A stretch of DNA of 64,000 bases from Macrostomum lignano (Eukaryota), in assembly GCA_002269645.1 (NCBI GenBank), contig NIVC01001356.1, positions 243,381 to 307,380 on the forward strand, read 5' to 3'. Positions within the stretch are counted from its first letter, which is position 1; every line of letters starts with the position of its first letter. The translations under genes and the position numbers were made by a program. Shown piece by piece: positions 34,301 through 46,205 of the stretch. The notes beneath the pieces are model-generated. The model ran no database searches and had not been told where the DNA came from. It worked only from the letters and a program-made list of their open reading frames with translations.

Positions 34301-34639
34301 CCGTCTGGGTGAAGGCCAGTGACCAACGAAGTCGAAGCTGATGCAGACACATGTGATCAACGTGCTGTTGAAATTTGGAGGCTTTGCAGGGCTGCACCGA
34401 GGCGCAGTGCTGATTGGCGTACAGGGGTGTACTGAATACACTGGCGCTTATGGGAAAAATCCAACCTTCTGGCAGAATCTTCGAATATCTCGACGGTCCA
34501 GAAGACTGGCGACTTGATTCTAGTTTGAGAAGGAGCGCAACCAAAAGGTAGCCCTTTTCTTGCAATTTTGTGTGCCTGCGTTGCTCTGTTCCGGCGCAGC
34601 AAAAAAATTGTCGTGGGGGATTCGTCCCCTCTTGGTAGT

Positions 34640-34795
34640 TGTAGCATTCTTGTAAATAAATAAGAATGATATTGATTGTCCAAGGCTCCAAACTGAGCCA
34701 AAACCAAGAAAACAAGTATCGCCCTCTGGCGCGCACCAGGTCTATTTATAGACTTATCAAAAATGGGGTGGCACAAAGAAAAGTCCACCGTCACA
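34640..34795 (-). repeat. 3' LTR of Gmr1-like element
   Basis: tgtgacggtg...gaatgctaca on the minus strand. Confidence 0.93.
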
Positions 34796-34930
34796 CCCTC
34801 CACCAAAAGATCGAAGCCGGAAAAATCGCAAGCCAAAAATCAATCGCAGGGTCACGCAAAGTTCGGATATGTCTTACAAGAAAACAATGCAAACTTGGCC
34901 ACTAATTACTTTAATAAAAGTTAAATCGCT

Positions 34931-35002
34931 CAGTCAGTCTCTAAATCACTTGGTCAGTCACTAAATCACTTGGTCAGTCACTAAATCACTTGGTCGGTCA
35001 CT
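34931..35002. repeat. 20-bp tandem repeat (ggtcagtcactaaatcactt, about 3.5 units) spanning the pol stop codon
   Basis: Seen directly. Confidence 0.85.
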
Positions 35003-38000
35003 AGCCCAGATCCTGCTGAGACCATCGGCCACCGTGTTGCTTTCGCCTGGCTGGTACTGGATCTCGTAGTCATAGCCGGAAAGATAGAAGGCCCACCGCT
35101 GGAGTCGTGGGTTGGCGTGGTCCATCTGCAGGTACTGCAGCGGCTTATGGTCGGACTTGATGACGAACCGGCGGCCTAGCAGGTAGTGCCGCAGCTTCTC
35201 GACCGCCCAGCGCACGGCGAGGCACTCCTTCTCGATCGTCGCGTAGCTCTGCTCCGCCGAAGTCAGCCGCCGAGATACGAATAGCACGGGATGGATGCCG
35301 TCCTCGAACTCTTGCGTTAGCACCGCGCCGATCCCAGTCTCCGAGCTGTCAGTCTCCAAGGTGAACTGCCGACTGTAGTCCGGCGCGCGCAGCACCGGCT
35401 CGCTCGCCAGCAGAGATTTCACAGTCTCGAAGGCTCGCGTCTGCTGCTCTCCCCAGGCCGCCGTCAGGTCATCGGGTGCCGACTTCTTCGTGAGGTCCGT
35501 CAGGGCCGCCACCTTTTCTGAGTAATCGGGCACGAACCGACGGTAGTGGTTGAGCACTCCGAGCACAGATCGCAGCTGAGCCTTGGTCCGGGGCTGAGCC
35601 AGCGCCGTGATTGTCCGCACTCGGTCCTCGCTTGTACCGATCTCGCCTCCGCCGAGCTTGAAACCCAGGTAGTCAGCAGAGTTGCCGCCCAGGTAGCACT
35701 TTCGGGGTTGCACCGTTAGACCGGCAGCCTTAAGGCGACCGAATACTTCCCTCAGGTCCTCGACGTGCTGCTCGAATGTCGCGCTAAACACGGCGATGTC
35801 ATCGATGTAGGAGTCCGCGTTGTCCAGCCCTTGGAACAGCTTGTCCATGAGCCTCTGGTACGTCGCGCTGCTGCAGTTTAAGCCCATGGGCATCACAGTA
35901 AATTGATACAGCTTGCCGCAGGCCGCGAAAGCCGTCAATCGCTTTGAATCCTCGTACAGTGGAATTTGCCAGTAGCCCTTGCAGCAGTCTAGCTTAGATA
36001 TGAACTTGGCCTTGGCGACCCGCTCCAGTAGGTCCTCGATGTTCTTCATCGGATAGGAGTCGAAGGCCACCAGCTCATTCAGCGCCTTGAAGTTGACAGT
36101 GAACCGGACTGAGCCGTCCTTCTTGGCCACCAGACAGACCGGGGAGCAGTAGTCACTGTCAGATGGTTCGATCACCCCGAGGTCCAGCATGTGTTGAATC
36201 TCCTCTTGGAGCACCTGCCGATGCGCCTGCGGCTCCCGTCGCGGCCGGATGCGCACTACGCGGTCAGATGTCGTCCGGATACGATGCTCCACTAGGTCAG
36301 TCCTCCCCGGGGTCTCGCTGAAGACGCCCGCGAAGTCATGCACCAGCTCCAGGAGACGATCCCTCTCGGCAGGTGTCAGATGATCGGACAACTCAGGAGC
36401 ATTCGTAGCTGCCGCTGGAAGCTGCATCAAAACCGCCTCTCGTGAATTGTACTTCTTAAGCAGGTTGACATGAAACGTGTTTGTCGCAGGGCCCATTTGG
36501 ATCCGGTAGTTCACATTGCTGCACCTCTCCAGTACTTCATAGGGACCGCGCCATTCAGCGTGAAGCTTCTTGGATGACGATGGCAGCAGCAGCAGCACCT
36601 GATCTCCGGGCTGCAACTCTCGTTCCCGCGACTGCCGGTCGTACCAGAGTTTCTGACGCTTCCGTGCTAGCTCTTCGTTGTTCCATGCTGCTTCCTGGCC
36701 AGCCCGCAGTCGGTCTCTCTGGGCCAGCACGAACGAGATGATGTCCTTCTTCTCTTCGGAGAGCTGCTCATCCCAGGTCTGCCGCAGTAGATCTAGCGGT
36801 CCCCGCACAGTGCGTCCATACAAAAGTTCGAATGGGGAGAAGCCAGTTGTTTCGTTGGGCACCTCCCGAATGGCGAACAGCAGATACGGTAGGTACTGGT
36901 CCCACTTCTTTTTCTCGCGAGCTGGTAGTCTCCTCAACATATTCTTGAGAGTGCCGTGGAACCTCTCCACCAACGCCTGGCTTTGCGGATGGTACGGCGT
37001 CGACTGGATGCCCTCGACCCCGGTACACCGGTACAGGGCCTGCAGCAGTGCTGATGAAAAGTTAGTACCCTTATCGCTCTGGATCTCCCTCGGGAATCCG
37101 GTCCTCACGAAGCAGTCCACCAATGCCTTCGCTACGGACTCAGCGTCGATCTTTCGCAGCGGGACTCCTTCGGGGAATCGAGTAGCCGCATCGATAATCG
37201 ACAGGATGTACTGGTGACCACTCGCAGTCCTCGTATACGGTCCACTGATATCGATGATAACTTTGGTGAAGGCCTCCTCCACTCCAGGCACTTGGACTAG
37301 TGGTACCTTGTGATTGCCTGGGACTCGAGCCGTCTTCTGACACTTGTCGCACGTTGCTACGAAGTCCTTCACGTCCTTTGTCATCGTTGGCCACCAGAAT
37401 CGCTGTTCCAGTCGTTGACAAGTCTTCCTTGTTCCCAAGTGGCCAGCGAATGCACTCTCATGGGCCTGGGACAGCGCCGTAGCACGCAGAGCCTTCGGAA
37501 GCACCAGTTGGTCCTCTCCAGCTGCTCGATGCCGAAACAGTCTGCCGCGGCTTTCCTTCACCAAGTCGTTGGTTTGTACCGCTGCTTGCAACTCCTTGTC
37601 GTCTTGTAGGGCCGCCTCGTAGTCCAATTTTATAGGGCGCATTGCAGTTTCTTGTCTCGTTTTGTTGTACTCTTGCCGTTGTTTACGCGCTTGGGCTCTA
37701 GTTATTCTTGATTTTGTTTTGCCAGCCGGCTCCGGATCGATCTGGTTAAGGCCGCTAGCCACGATGCCCTCCGCGAAAAGCCTCTCGTCCCCCTCTGACT
37801 GGGGCATTGGGCGGTGCGGCGCACCCACCCCTTCTCTCTCATTGGCTGAGAGGGGTTGGCCGTGGACCCCCTCGCGCGTCTCTCTGCCAAGCACTGTACT
37901 CGGGGCGTCTCCACCCCCCAACTTGAACTGGCAAATCAAATCCAGTCCAACCAGCGCGCTTACGGGTAGTGAGTCAGCCACACAAACCTCAGTGGTTCTA

Positions 38001-38548
38001 TTGTAGCCCTTTAGGTGAAGCTCCACTTTAGCGATTGGAAGACGGTGTAGGTCGCCGCCAAAACAGCGCAATAGTGCATGATGTCCTGTCCAATTAATGT
38101 TTTCAGGTAGACAGCTACGCCGAATCGTAGTTCGATCAGCTCCAGTATCCATCAGGAACCGCAGTTCTTTGCCATCCGCATGTCCGGTGATGAACCTGCC
38201 CGAAGCAGCATCCATAGCTCTTTCCTCTGAGGCCAAGTGGACATTGGCGGGCTTGTTGGTACACTGAAACTTCTTGTGGGGGCCTCCGCAGTTGAAGCAG
38301 CTAATCTTAGGCTTTAGGCTTTGCGGTCTCTGAATCGTCCTTTGTTTGTCCATAACATTGGACGCCGTCGCCCCCTCAGAGGTCTCTTGGCTCGGGTGTC
38401 CTGGTGTTCCGCCGCCCTTGTCGCTGTTTCTTGCCATTGCGTAGTCATCGGCCAGTTTCGCAGCCTCTTTGATGTCCTTCGGTTTTCTCTCTCGCATCCA
38501 CACCTGGAGTCCTCTTGTCAGAGAGTCCGTAAACTGCTCCAGAAGCAC
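34961..38548 (-). CDS. pol: Gmr1-like polyprotein, C-terminal frame: end of SCAN/Gag, zinc knuckle, protease, integrase, RT, RNase H
   Basis: LLEQF...WMRERKP, CFNCGGPHKKFQC, LMDTGAD, HESAFAGH...CDKCQ, IIDISGP/SDKGTNF/VERFH, then MPMGL/YIDD and TDSSETGIGAVL. Integrase precedes RT. Confidence 0.93.
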   Translation of the reverse strand: MLLEQFTDSLTRGLQVWMRERKPKDIKEAAKLADDYAMARNSDKGGGTPGHPSQETSEGATASNVMDKQRTIQRPQSLKPKISCFNCGGPHKKFQCTNKPANVHLASEERAMDAASGRFITGHADGKELRFLMDTGADRTTIRRSCLPENINWTGHHALLRCFGGDLHRLPIAKVELHLKGYNRTTEVCVADSLPVSALVGLDLICQFKLGGGDAPSTVLGRETREGVHGQPLSANEREGVGAPHRPMPQSEGDERLFAEGIVASGLNQIDPEPAGKTKSRITRAQARKQRQEYNKTRQETAMRPIKLDYEAALQDDKELQAAVQTNDLVKESRGRLFRHRAAGEDQLVLPKALRATALSQAHESAFAGHLGTRKTCQRLEQRFWWPTMTKDVKDFVATCDKCQKTARVPGNHKVPLVQVPGVEEAFTKVIIDISGPYTRTASGHQYILSIIDAATRFPEGVPLRKIDAESVAKALVDCFVRTGFPREIQSDKGTNFSSALLQALYRCTGVEGIQSTPYHPQSQALVERFHGTLKNMLRRLPAREKKKWDQYLPYLLFAIREVPNETTGFSPFELLYGRTVRGPLDLLRQTWDEQLSEEKKDIISFVLAQRDRLRAGQEAAWNNEELARKRQKLWYDRQSRERELQPGDQVLLLLPSSSKKLHAEWRGPYEVLERCSNVNYRIQMGPATNTFHVNLLKKYNSREAVLMQLPAAATNAPELSDHLTPAERDRLLELVHDFAGVFSETPGRTDLVEHRIRTTSDRVVRIRPRREPQAHRQVLQEEIQHMLDLGVIEPSDSDYCSPVCLVAKKDGSVRFTVNFKALNELVAFDSYPMKNIEDLLERVAKAKFISKLDCCKGYWQIPLYEDSKRLTAFAACGKLYQFTVMPMGLNCSSATYQRLMDKLFQGLDNADSYIDDIAVFSATFEQHVEDLREVFGRLKAAGLTVQPRKCYLGGNSADYLGFKLGGGEIGTSEDRVRTITALAQPRTKAQLRSVLGVLNHYRRFVPDYSEKVAALTDLTKKSAPDDLTAAWGEQQTRAFETVKSLLASEPVLRAPDYSRQFTLETDSSETGIGAVLTQEFEDGIHPVLFVSRRLTSAEQSYATIEKECLAVRWAVEKLRHYLLGRRFVIKSDHKPLQYLQMDHANPRLQRWAFYLSGYDYEIQYQPGESNTVADGLSRIWASDRPSDLVTDQVI

Positions 38549-39251
38549 TTAATTTCTGCCTGACGATGGAGTCGCCACTTATCAGTTCCTCTCTCTGATC
38601 CTCGTCCAGCCCAGCTGTCATCCATCGGACAAACAGGTCTTCCAGCTTTGTCGCGAACACCTGGAAGGTCTCTTCAGGCGCCTTCCGCAAAGACCGAAAT
38701 CGCTGTCGGTGGGTCTCCTCGCCGATGTTGTATCTCGCTAAGATGGTCGCCTTTACCAAGTCGTAGTCCGCGCTCGCCGCTGTCGTCAGACTGTGGAATG
38801 CGCTCTGCGCAACGCCCGTCAGTAGCGGTGCCAGCCGAATCGTCCACTCTGACTTTTGCCATCCACACGATGCCGCTGCCCTTTCGAAGGTCATCAGGAA
38901 TGCCTCGATGTCATCAGAGTCCGTCAGCTTAAACAGCTTGGGCTCCGCTGCTTGTGGTCGTGGCTTAGACTCGGCCAGGAGCTTTGTGAACTCCGCTTGT
39001 TGACGAGCCAGTTGCTCCAGGTAAAATGCTGATTGCCTTTCTTGCGCGCGAGTCATTTCTTGTAGCTGCTGACTCTGGAGCGTCAGGAGCATCTTCATTG
39101 TCTCCATCAGATTCGCGCCCTCCAGCGTAGCTGAATCTTGGATTCCGCTGGCTTCTTCAGCATTGTCTTCGGAGCCTTCTCCGAGCGCCCCGTCTTGGGA
39201 ACGCAGGTTGTACGGGTGCTTCGAGCCCGCACCGCTGCCACCATGTTGCAT
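38445..39251 (-). CDS. gag: Gmr1-like Gag N-terminal part with SCAN-like domain; needs a frameshift near 38549 to join pol
   Basis: PYNLRS, DDIEAFLMTFERAA...W...LAPLLTG, YDLVKATILARY...EETHRQRFR. Removing one A from cagaaattaagtg gives QKLVLLEQF, continuous with the pol frame. Confidence 0.8.
   Translation of the reverse strand: MQHGGSGAGSKHPYNLRSQDGALGEGSEDNAEEASGIQDSATLEGANLMETMKMLLTLQSQQLQEMTRAQERQSAFYLEQLARQQAEFTKLLAESKPRPQAAEPKLFKLTDSDDIEAFLMTFERAAASCGWQKSEWTIRLAPLLTGVAQSAFHSLTTAASADYDLVKATILARYNIGEETHRQRFRSLRKAPEETFQVFATKLEDLFVRWMTAGLDEDQREELISGDSIVRQKLSASGAVYGLSDKRTPGVDAREKTEGHQRGCETGR
39230..39243 (-). promoter_or_regulatory. Primer-binding site, probably tRNA-Leu
   Basis: TGGTGGCAGCGGTG directly abuts the LTR end and is complementary to the ...CACCGCTGCCACCA 3' end of metazoan tRNA-Leu. 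Confidence 0.7.
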
Positions 39252-39399
39252 TCTTGTAAATAAATAAGAATGATATTGATTGTCCAAGGCTCCAAACTGA
39301 GCCAAAACCAAGAAAACAAGTATCGCCCTCTGGCGCGCACCAGGTCTATTTATAGACTTATCAAAAATGGGGTGGCACAAAGAAAAGTCCACCGTCACA
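39244..39399 (-). repeat. 5' LTR of Gmr1-like element
   Basis: tgtgacggtg...gaatgcaaca on the minus strand. Confidence 0.93.
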
Positions 39400-42300
39400 G
39401 TAGTTCGACGGGCGAAAAAAGGCTTGGTATTCCTACTGTTAATGTGCTTCTGAGAAATATCGACATTTCTCCAAAACAGTATCTGTGATTAGCTAAACGA
39501 TACAGAAGATCGCTGCGGGAAGCATAATCGTTTTCCTGATCGACAACGAGTTTGGGGCATGCTTGGGAGAGGCAGCAATATTTTTGATCTATTGAAGTAG
39601 ATTACATGTTAATGAAAGACGCAACATGTCCAAGCCTAAAATATATTGTCACTTTTTAGGCCCCGGATGCAGAGGCAAGTATTGCAAAGGCTCTACTAGG
39701 ACGACGCTGACAAGAAGTCAGCGTGATGAAGCAGGCAGGCACGAGAACCACAAGAAGACACGTATCAATACGGTTTTCAGGCAAGCGATTGGAACTAGTG
39801 ATTTCTACAAAGACTGTCACCAAGACCAAGCCAGCAGCTTAAAAAACGCCAAAAAGTCAAAAAGTTGAAGATCGTGACGCCAGTGACGCCTACAGACACG
39901 GCGCATAGTAACTCCGCGAGCAAAAATAGAGACAAAGAAGTTAAATTCGAGAAAATGCCAGTGACGCTGAATTTGGGATTTTCGGCGATGATATGTTAAT
40001 CGATCTTAACGACATTGACCTCGAGATTGAGGCTCGTCTTAGGCGGGCTTTATGTGACAAATCTGGCTGCTGATCGGAATGTTGTGCCGGTAAACTACGT
40101 CCTTGAAAGCATGTTTAGGAAAGTCATGTTGGCCATCAACAGTGTCAGCGTGTGTGTACAGCCGTATTGAATCGAGAACTGGCTATTGGCATATCATGTT
40201 CTGATTATGGAACCGTGGTAAAGTTGCGCGTCTGAGAAAAAGTAGAATTAAGAAGGTGAGCGCTATCATTTTTTATGCGACATGTTTCGCCTCGCGTCAG
40301 GCATCTTCAGGCTCTTAAAATTAGTCAGTCTCAGTTCCAAACACTTGTGCAGAAATTCTTGATCAAGACGACTTTTATGCAGAGAAACAGTGGTCTTTTC
40401 TAATTTCCTAAGATTCTGGACGGTCACGTCCTTAAGACTATTGTAGCATGCAGATTGGACTGCAAAACTGCAAGTAAAAATGAAGCAATAGTTTGGAGCT
40501 CACACTAAAACTTTATAATGACAAGTCAATTCAGGCGACAAGCCAATAAGGATTTGCAGGGCTTGTTGATGAATAGAGAACAATTGACGCTTTTGCATAC
40601 ATCGCACTGGAAGAGAAAGAGAGAAGAAAAGTCGAAAATTATGGTCGAAGCAGAGGATTCTGGAAAAGTCGCGGTTGTCATCGCTCCAGAATCAGATGCA
40701 GCAGAGAAACCAGATTGCTTCCAAGTCGACGAAGAAGGTATGGAGCCCCATCTTGGCAACGCGGAGGCTATCCTGATTTTGACGAGTTGGCGAGAATTAT
40801 GGGAGCGATGAAGATGACTAAATTGACAAGAAAGACGATGATCGATTGATCACTCTTTAAAGGATGAAATATTCACCTTGCTGGTATAGCCTACTTTTCT
40901 TGTTTCAAACTGAGTCGTGGATCTAGAAAGTTCCTTGCTGATGGTCTGAGAGACATACGCTTGCCTGTCAACTCTAATTGAGGCTGTCAACAGTGCTGGT
41001 GATCGAAAAGAAAAACTGCAGGAGTCCACGGGAAATTATTAGTTCATTATCGCTGGATCGCTATTAGAACCTTACCGTAATCCACTACTCAAAGTAATAT
41101 TCCAAGAAAAATTAATTTCAATTTGCAATCTATTTTTATAATGAGTTATATCGATTGTTAGAATATCTATACTTAGATTGAGTCAGAGTCCTACGTAGGA
41201 CCAACGTTTGTTTGATCCAGGAACCGGATTTCAGCAGCTGTATTTGCTCGACTCCATATATGGTAATGATCAAACATGAATGACCTAGGTGTAAATATCC
41301 GATCTCAAACCGGTTTTGCCCCTTAAAAATTTTGCATCCGATCTAGTCCTTTGCTACTAGCGTTGATAAGTTGATTAAATGAGTTTACGAGAGCTATTTA
41401 TCTGAAAAAGGCCTCCTTGTTTCCTAGGATATATTTCTAGAGGTTTTATTGATAGATTTGGGTTATCCGTTACGTTTCGGACGTAACGAAGAAGACGCCC
41501 TTCAGGAGGACCCATTGCAGAACTCAGAAAATTCAATTGTTCATAAGGGCGCACGTTCCATTGTTAATTCTGAGCTCGAGGATTCCGAGAAGACTTCTGA
41601 TTCGCTCTCGTTTTGGTCGACCCAGAGATAAATTTAAGGACTTCAGGAAACAACCGTTGACCGAAGCCGGCAGCTGCTACCGCTCAACAAAGCCAGCCAG
41701 CCTTACAACCCATAAGACTCAGACGTCTGCAACCACAAGAAGAGATATTTGATCCGCTACAGTAAGAGATATTTGATTGCGCACATACCCAGGCGCTTGT
41801 TCCCGAGTGTCTAGATGTGACTGTTTTCGAGTGACTGATCACAACTCATAAACTCTTCAGCATTTCCATTCTGGAAAATCTTGAAATTGCGCGTACATGC
41901 GCTCTTTTCTTCTATCGAGGCTTCCTACTTCAATATCCTCGAAGTTTGACCTCGCATTTGATTTGTTTTGTGCTAGTCAGTGATCAAGAAAGTCTGACTT
42001 GTTTTATATTGCTTGCGTTTTACCCGAGTGTCATTCGGAATGCCGCGTCGCTCTCAGTTCTGTCTAAATAAATTTCTTAACAATTTACAGTACATCAACG
42101 ACTCTTGAGCCTTACAAAGTAGAAATGCGAGGCAAATTTGTGAACTAGAAATGGCTTTGTCTTCAGGCTGATTGACTCAGCATTAACCATGCCTGAACAA
42201 TTCTGTTCCTTTGTGATCTAATTCTGCTAACTGAAAATCCAGTCTTCAACCCTTCATAGTCCAAGCTTCCAAGATCTCCATTCGTCTATATTTTTCCAGA

Positions 42301-42809
42301 GAATCTCAAAACAGCCCGAAAACTCGCAAAGTCCCATTAACAGCGGAACAAGGACTTAAAATATACCATTAACGAACGGATACAAAGCACTCGCTAAAAA
42401 TCAGTAAAGTTCTTATTGTTGTATCTTATTGTTTAAAAAGCGTACGAGCGTATTTGTTGAAAGTTTCAATTAACAATTGCTTTAAAGGCAGTGTCAAATG
42501 TATAAAAGGCTGGACGTAAAAAATGTATTTCAACCGTAAGTCAAATAAATTGTTAAACTCAATAAAGAAGATTACTTTTAAATCAAGCAGCATGATTCAT
42601 TGACGCATTGAAAACCTTGTTACTCACTGCCACGCACAAACGTGACGCATTCTACCACTAAGAAAATAAAGAAGATTTCATTCTATTTAAATTGCTGTAT
42701 GAAAAATAACACACTAATAGTACTATCAAGTAATATAAACAAGTAATTAAAGGGCTTATACGCTGAATGGTAAAAAAAAGTTTCAGCTAAAAAAATCCTA
42801 AATCTGATG

Positions 42810-42935
42810 TCACACATCAGGACCTGCAGTCGAAACTCGGTAAAGACTGATCGAATTTCTATTCGCTAGGCACACCGCTAGAAGCAGCTCTGAATCTCTG
42901 TCTAACATGACCAAGCCATACGGATTGTCCATTTT
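42810..42935 (-). pseudogene. Orphan B1-type C-terminal fragment just downstream of B2
   Basis: [39 protein letters not shown] is nearly identical to the B1 end (26637-26760) and has the same 3' flank. Confidence 0.8.
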
Positions 42936-43033
42936 GTCCATTTTGTCCATTTTGCATAAAAATAGTACATTGTGATAAAGCAAAAACATGCAGATTCAGA
43001 GCTGAATCGAAAGGTGATTTACAGTCATCTGTG

Positions 43034-44511
43034 TCACACGGCAGAACCAGTTGAAACTCGGTAAAATCTGATGGACAGTCCTTCCTGCTGGCACACGGCA
43101 AGCAGCTCGGAGTCGCCTTCAACGATGGTCAAGCCATACGGACGGTTCATTTTGCCTCTGCTGTTGCCAGCCTCACCCTCGACTCCGACAGTCTGCAGCA
43201 CAGTGCCGTCACTTCGCATCACACGAACCACATGCCTAAAACACTCGCTAAGGAACACCAGACCCGAGCGATGAGCAGCGACTCCTGCGGGTCTCTGAAG
43301 CTTATCAAGACGACTTCGCTTGGTCGGGTAGGTCGAGATCAGCTGACCGCTGTCAATGCACACTTTGCAGAGCTTGTGAGCTTCCCATTCAGTGATCAGC
43401 ACCGCATGGTCGATGACTGACATGGATTCTATGTAATCTGGGGAACTGGGCACGCCCCCGACAGAAACGCAGGTCTGCAGCTGGCCGCTGTCTTTGTCGA
43501 TGCACAGCAGCTGCATTTCCGAGCCGCTTTTGTCCAGAGCAATTATCTTGTCAGAGCTGCAGGTCAGCCCCATAAATCTGACAGGCCGTCCGAGGCTGCT
43601 CGAGTTGATCTTGAGCGACGCCTGACCGCTCAGGTCCGACACCTTCACACAGTTTTCTTGCGAGATGTACAGAGCTTGGCGCTTGCTGTCCCAGCAGAGT
43701 CCTGTGATTGGCGTGGACCGGTCGAGATGGGCTTGAACTTTCAGCCTCACGGATCCGTCAATCGAACACGCGAGAAGGTAATCCAGATCGGATCCAAAAG
43801 TAAAAGCTACGAACAGACACGGCTCGGGAAGCATCTGTGCACCATCGACTGCAGACTCCGCCTTCACCACTTTGCTGCCTGAAGCATCAGCGGAGAAGCC
43901 CTTCGTGTTGCTGCAGCATGAAATCCAAACAGGCGAACCATCGAGTCCCTGGATCTCGCTGTGGAACTCACAAATGCTCTGCTTCTCGCTCAGCGGGCCG
44001 GCACTCTCGCATAGCTTCATCACATCGCTCAGTCTCTGCCGACTTGCTCAAAGCTGTCTCTCTTTTCATCCAAGTCGCCGCACTCCGCACTCACTGCAGC
44101 TGAGAGTGAGAGCAATGTCTTCAATTCAGCATTGGCCTGAGCTTTAGTGAGGCCAATCTCATACTCCTGCAGCACTGACAGCTCATTCAGCTTCTGCAGG
44201 CTGCTCTCATGTCTCACAGTCAATCGGTTGAGCACAGATTCCTTGTAGGTGAGCAGCGACTCCACAGCCGACTCGAACAGCTGCTCGACGCTCTGCAGCT
44301 CGGCTGCTAGCGCTCGCTGATGAACTCGAAGGCCGTCTTGCAGACTCTTCAGCGGCTGCAGCTGCTCGAGCGCCTTCTGTGCGAGGTAGCGCACCGCGGC
44401 AGCGTCCTGAGCCACGTGTCTCTCGCACAGGGGCTCTGGGAGGCGAACGCCGGTACCGGTCGGGGCAGCGCTGCAGCCTCTGATGAAGCAGCTCGAGCTC
44501 GAGTCGGACAT
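43034..44511 (-). pseudogene. ZnF-coiled-coil-NHL paralog B2 (class B), frameshifted by a 55-nt deletion near 44030
   Basis: ATG at 44511; ORFs 44029-44550 and 43034-44023. Relative to B1, the stretch attggcgacg...caggcagc (55 nt) is missing. Confidence 0.85.
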
Positions 44512-46205
44512 TGTGCTTGAAGTCTTCAAGAAGGTGCTGAAAATGTGCAAAATCGTTTCAGTATCGAATCTGCCTGGCTAAAATACTTCATAATTGTTTC
44601 GATTGAAGTTTATCAGCTGCGGAAACACATCAGCATAGCGCAGGACCAGCTCAGTGACTTTGCAATACAAGAAGGGGATGTCAGCGCAGTCGAAATCCCA
44701 GAGCGGATTCTGTGCCGAATCCCATCGGATTGGCCCCAAGGGTGTCAGAAAATCCTCCTTTTCAGCTCCAGAAGGATGACTAAAGAAAATGAGGAACTTG
44801 TGCAACTTAAGCCGTACGAAATCGTAAGTATCTGAGTTTGAGTTCTTTGTGTTTACCTCATAAAATATGACACACTCAGCCCAGCTGCACGTCGCAAACA
44901 ATGTCCTGTGTTCTCCAGACAGAGGTGTCCCAACATGAACAGACAAGAACTCGGATATTTCTTGTCTTTGTGTCGAAATCTGAATGCTACAGGGCAATAT
45001 TTTATACTTTCAGAGCTTATTTACTGACAAGAAGAGGGTGCAGAGAGCAGCTAGAAGAGCTCACATGGCGGGCAGAGAAGTTCTGCTCAGCCTTATGGCG
45101 GGTGGAGTCTCACTTTAGGCAGGGCAGCTGATAAAGTTTTGAGGGGTTTCAGGTCTACTCAACTGGCACTTGTTGATCATCTGATGCTGACTGCATGATC
45201 GTGTTTAAAATGAAATTTGTCAAACAGCATCACAACAGTAACAGCTCTGCAAACTGATGTATTTGAGGCAACATTGGCTGCTGCTGGTAAAAGTACACGC
45301 TGTTGTTAGCTAAAGTACATCACTAGTCACAAAAAATCAATAAACCCAACTGCAAGACAGCAGAAACCGGTACATTAGCTTGGCTGGTAAAGATTTGGAA
45401 GTTTTAAAATTCAATAAAAGTTATCACAGATGTCATCAGGACTCATAAAAACCTTCAAGATTCGTTAGCTCGTAGTACAGATGAGTAGCAATGCATGCAA
45501 TTGAGCACTGATCAGGCATCAGATTAGCAACAACTCGCATGGTGCAGATAAACACTTGAGAATGCTTTGAGTCAAACTGTCTGTGCTGAATAACAAAGTC
45601 GTCAAACAAAGCCTTACGAAGCTGGCAGCCTTGATTCTTCATCAGAGCAGCGCCTGAACTGCGCTGAGTTCGTCGACAAATCAGAAGATGTTTGAGTTTG
45701 GCCTAACAAATAAAATCCAATGGCCGAAATCTATAGCCAGCATTCATGTCGAAATGCCACCTGATTTACTCGCTAATTCAACACTCATTCACCCAGGTAG
45801 CCAGAAGAACTTAGCTGCCACCAAGTTAAACTCACAAATGAAACTCCCATTCATATTCTAGCAAAATCTAAACATTTTGGTGTCAGCTGAGTTTGTGCGA
45901 ACAAAACCAATTAATAAATTAGTCAACGCCTCAATGCAAAATCTGCAACCAAACTTGACAGAAATTTGCTACGGTACGTTGCAGTGGCAAGGATGGCACG
46001 AGATCGTGACTGAAATTGTCAAATTTTGTAAAGCAGATTCATTTAAAATCAAAGACGAGCTCCTTTTTTCCGTGCTTACGGACTACGGTAAAAAAGATTT
46101 AATTAATTGGTCCAGCACGCAGAATTTAAAAATATAAATTTGTGATACAGCAAAAACATTCCAATTCACAGCTGAATGGAACTGCTGATTCACAATCATC
46201 CGCTG

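Larger units (their letters stand above)
34640..39399 (-). mobile_element. Full-length Gmr1-like Ty3/Gypsy LTR retrotransposon (PR-INT-RT-RH order, SCAN-like Gag)
   Basis: 156-bp LTRs at 39244-39399 and 34640-34795 (one mismatch seen, near the U5 end); 5-bp TSD GTAGT (34635-34639, 39400-39404); PBS TGGTGGCAGCGGTG; PPT ttggtggaggg. Confidence 0.95.

Noticed and set aside
34400-34480. + strand VLIGVQGCTEYTGAYGKNPTFW, faintly like a Polinton major-capsid motif
   Set aside because: Too short and not supported by flanking frames; would need a profile search.
39600-40830. Short ORFs (39626-39868, 40518-40811) and 50750-53320 ORFs
   Set aside because: No recognisable motifs; probably old repeat debris that cannot be assigned without a database search.
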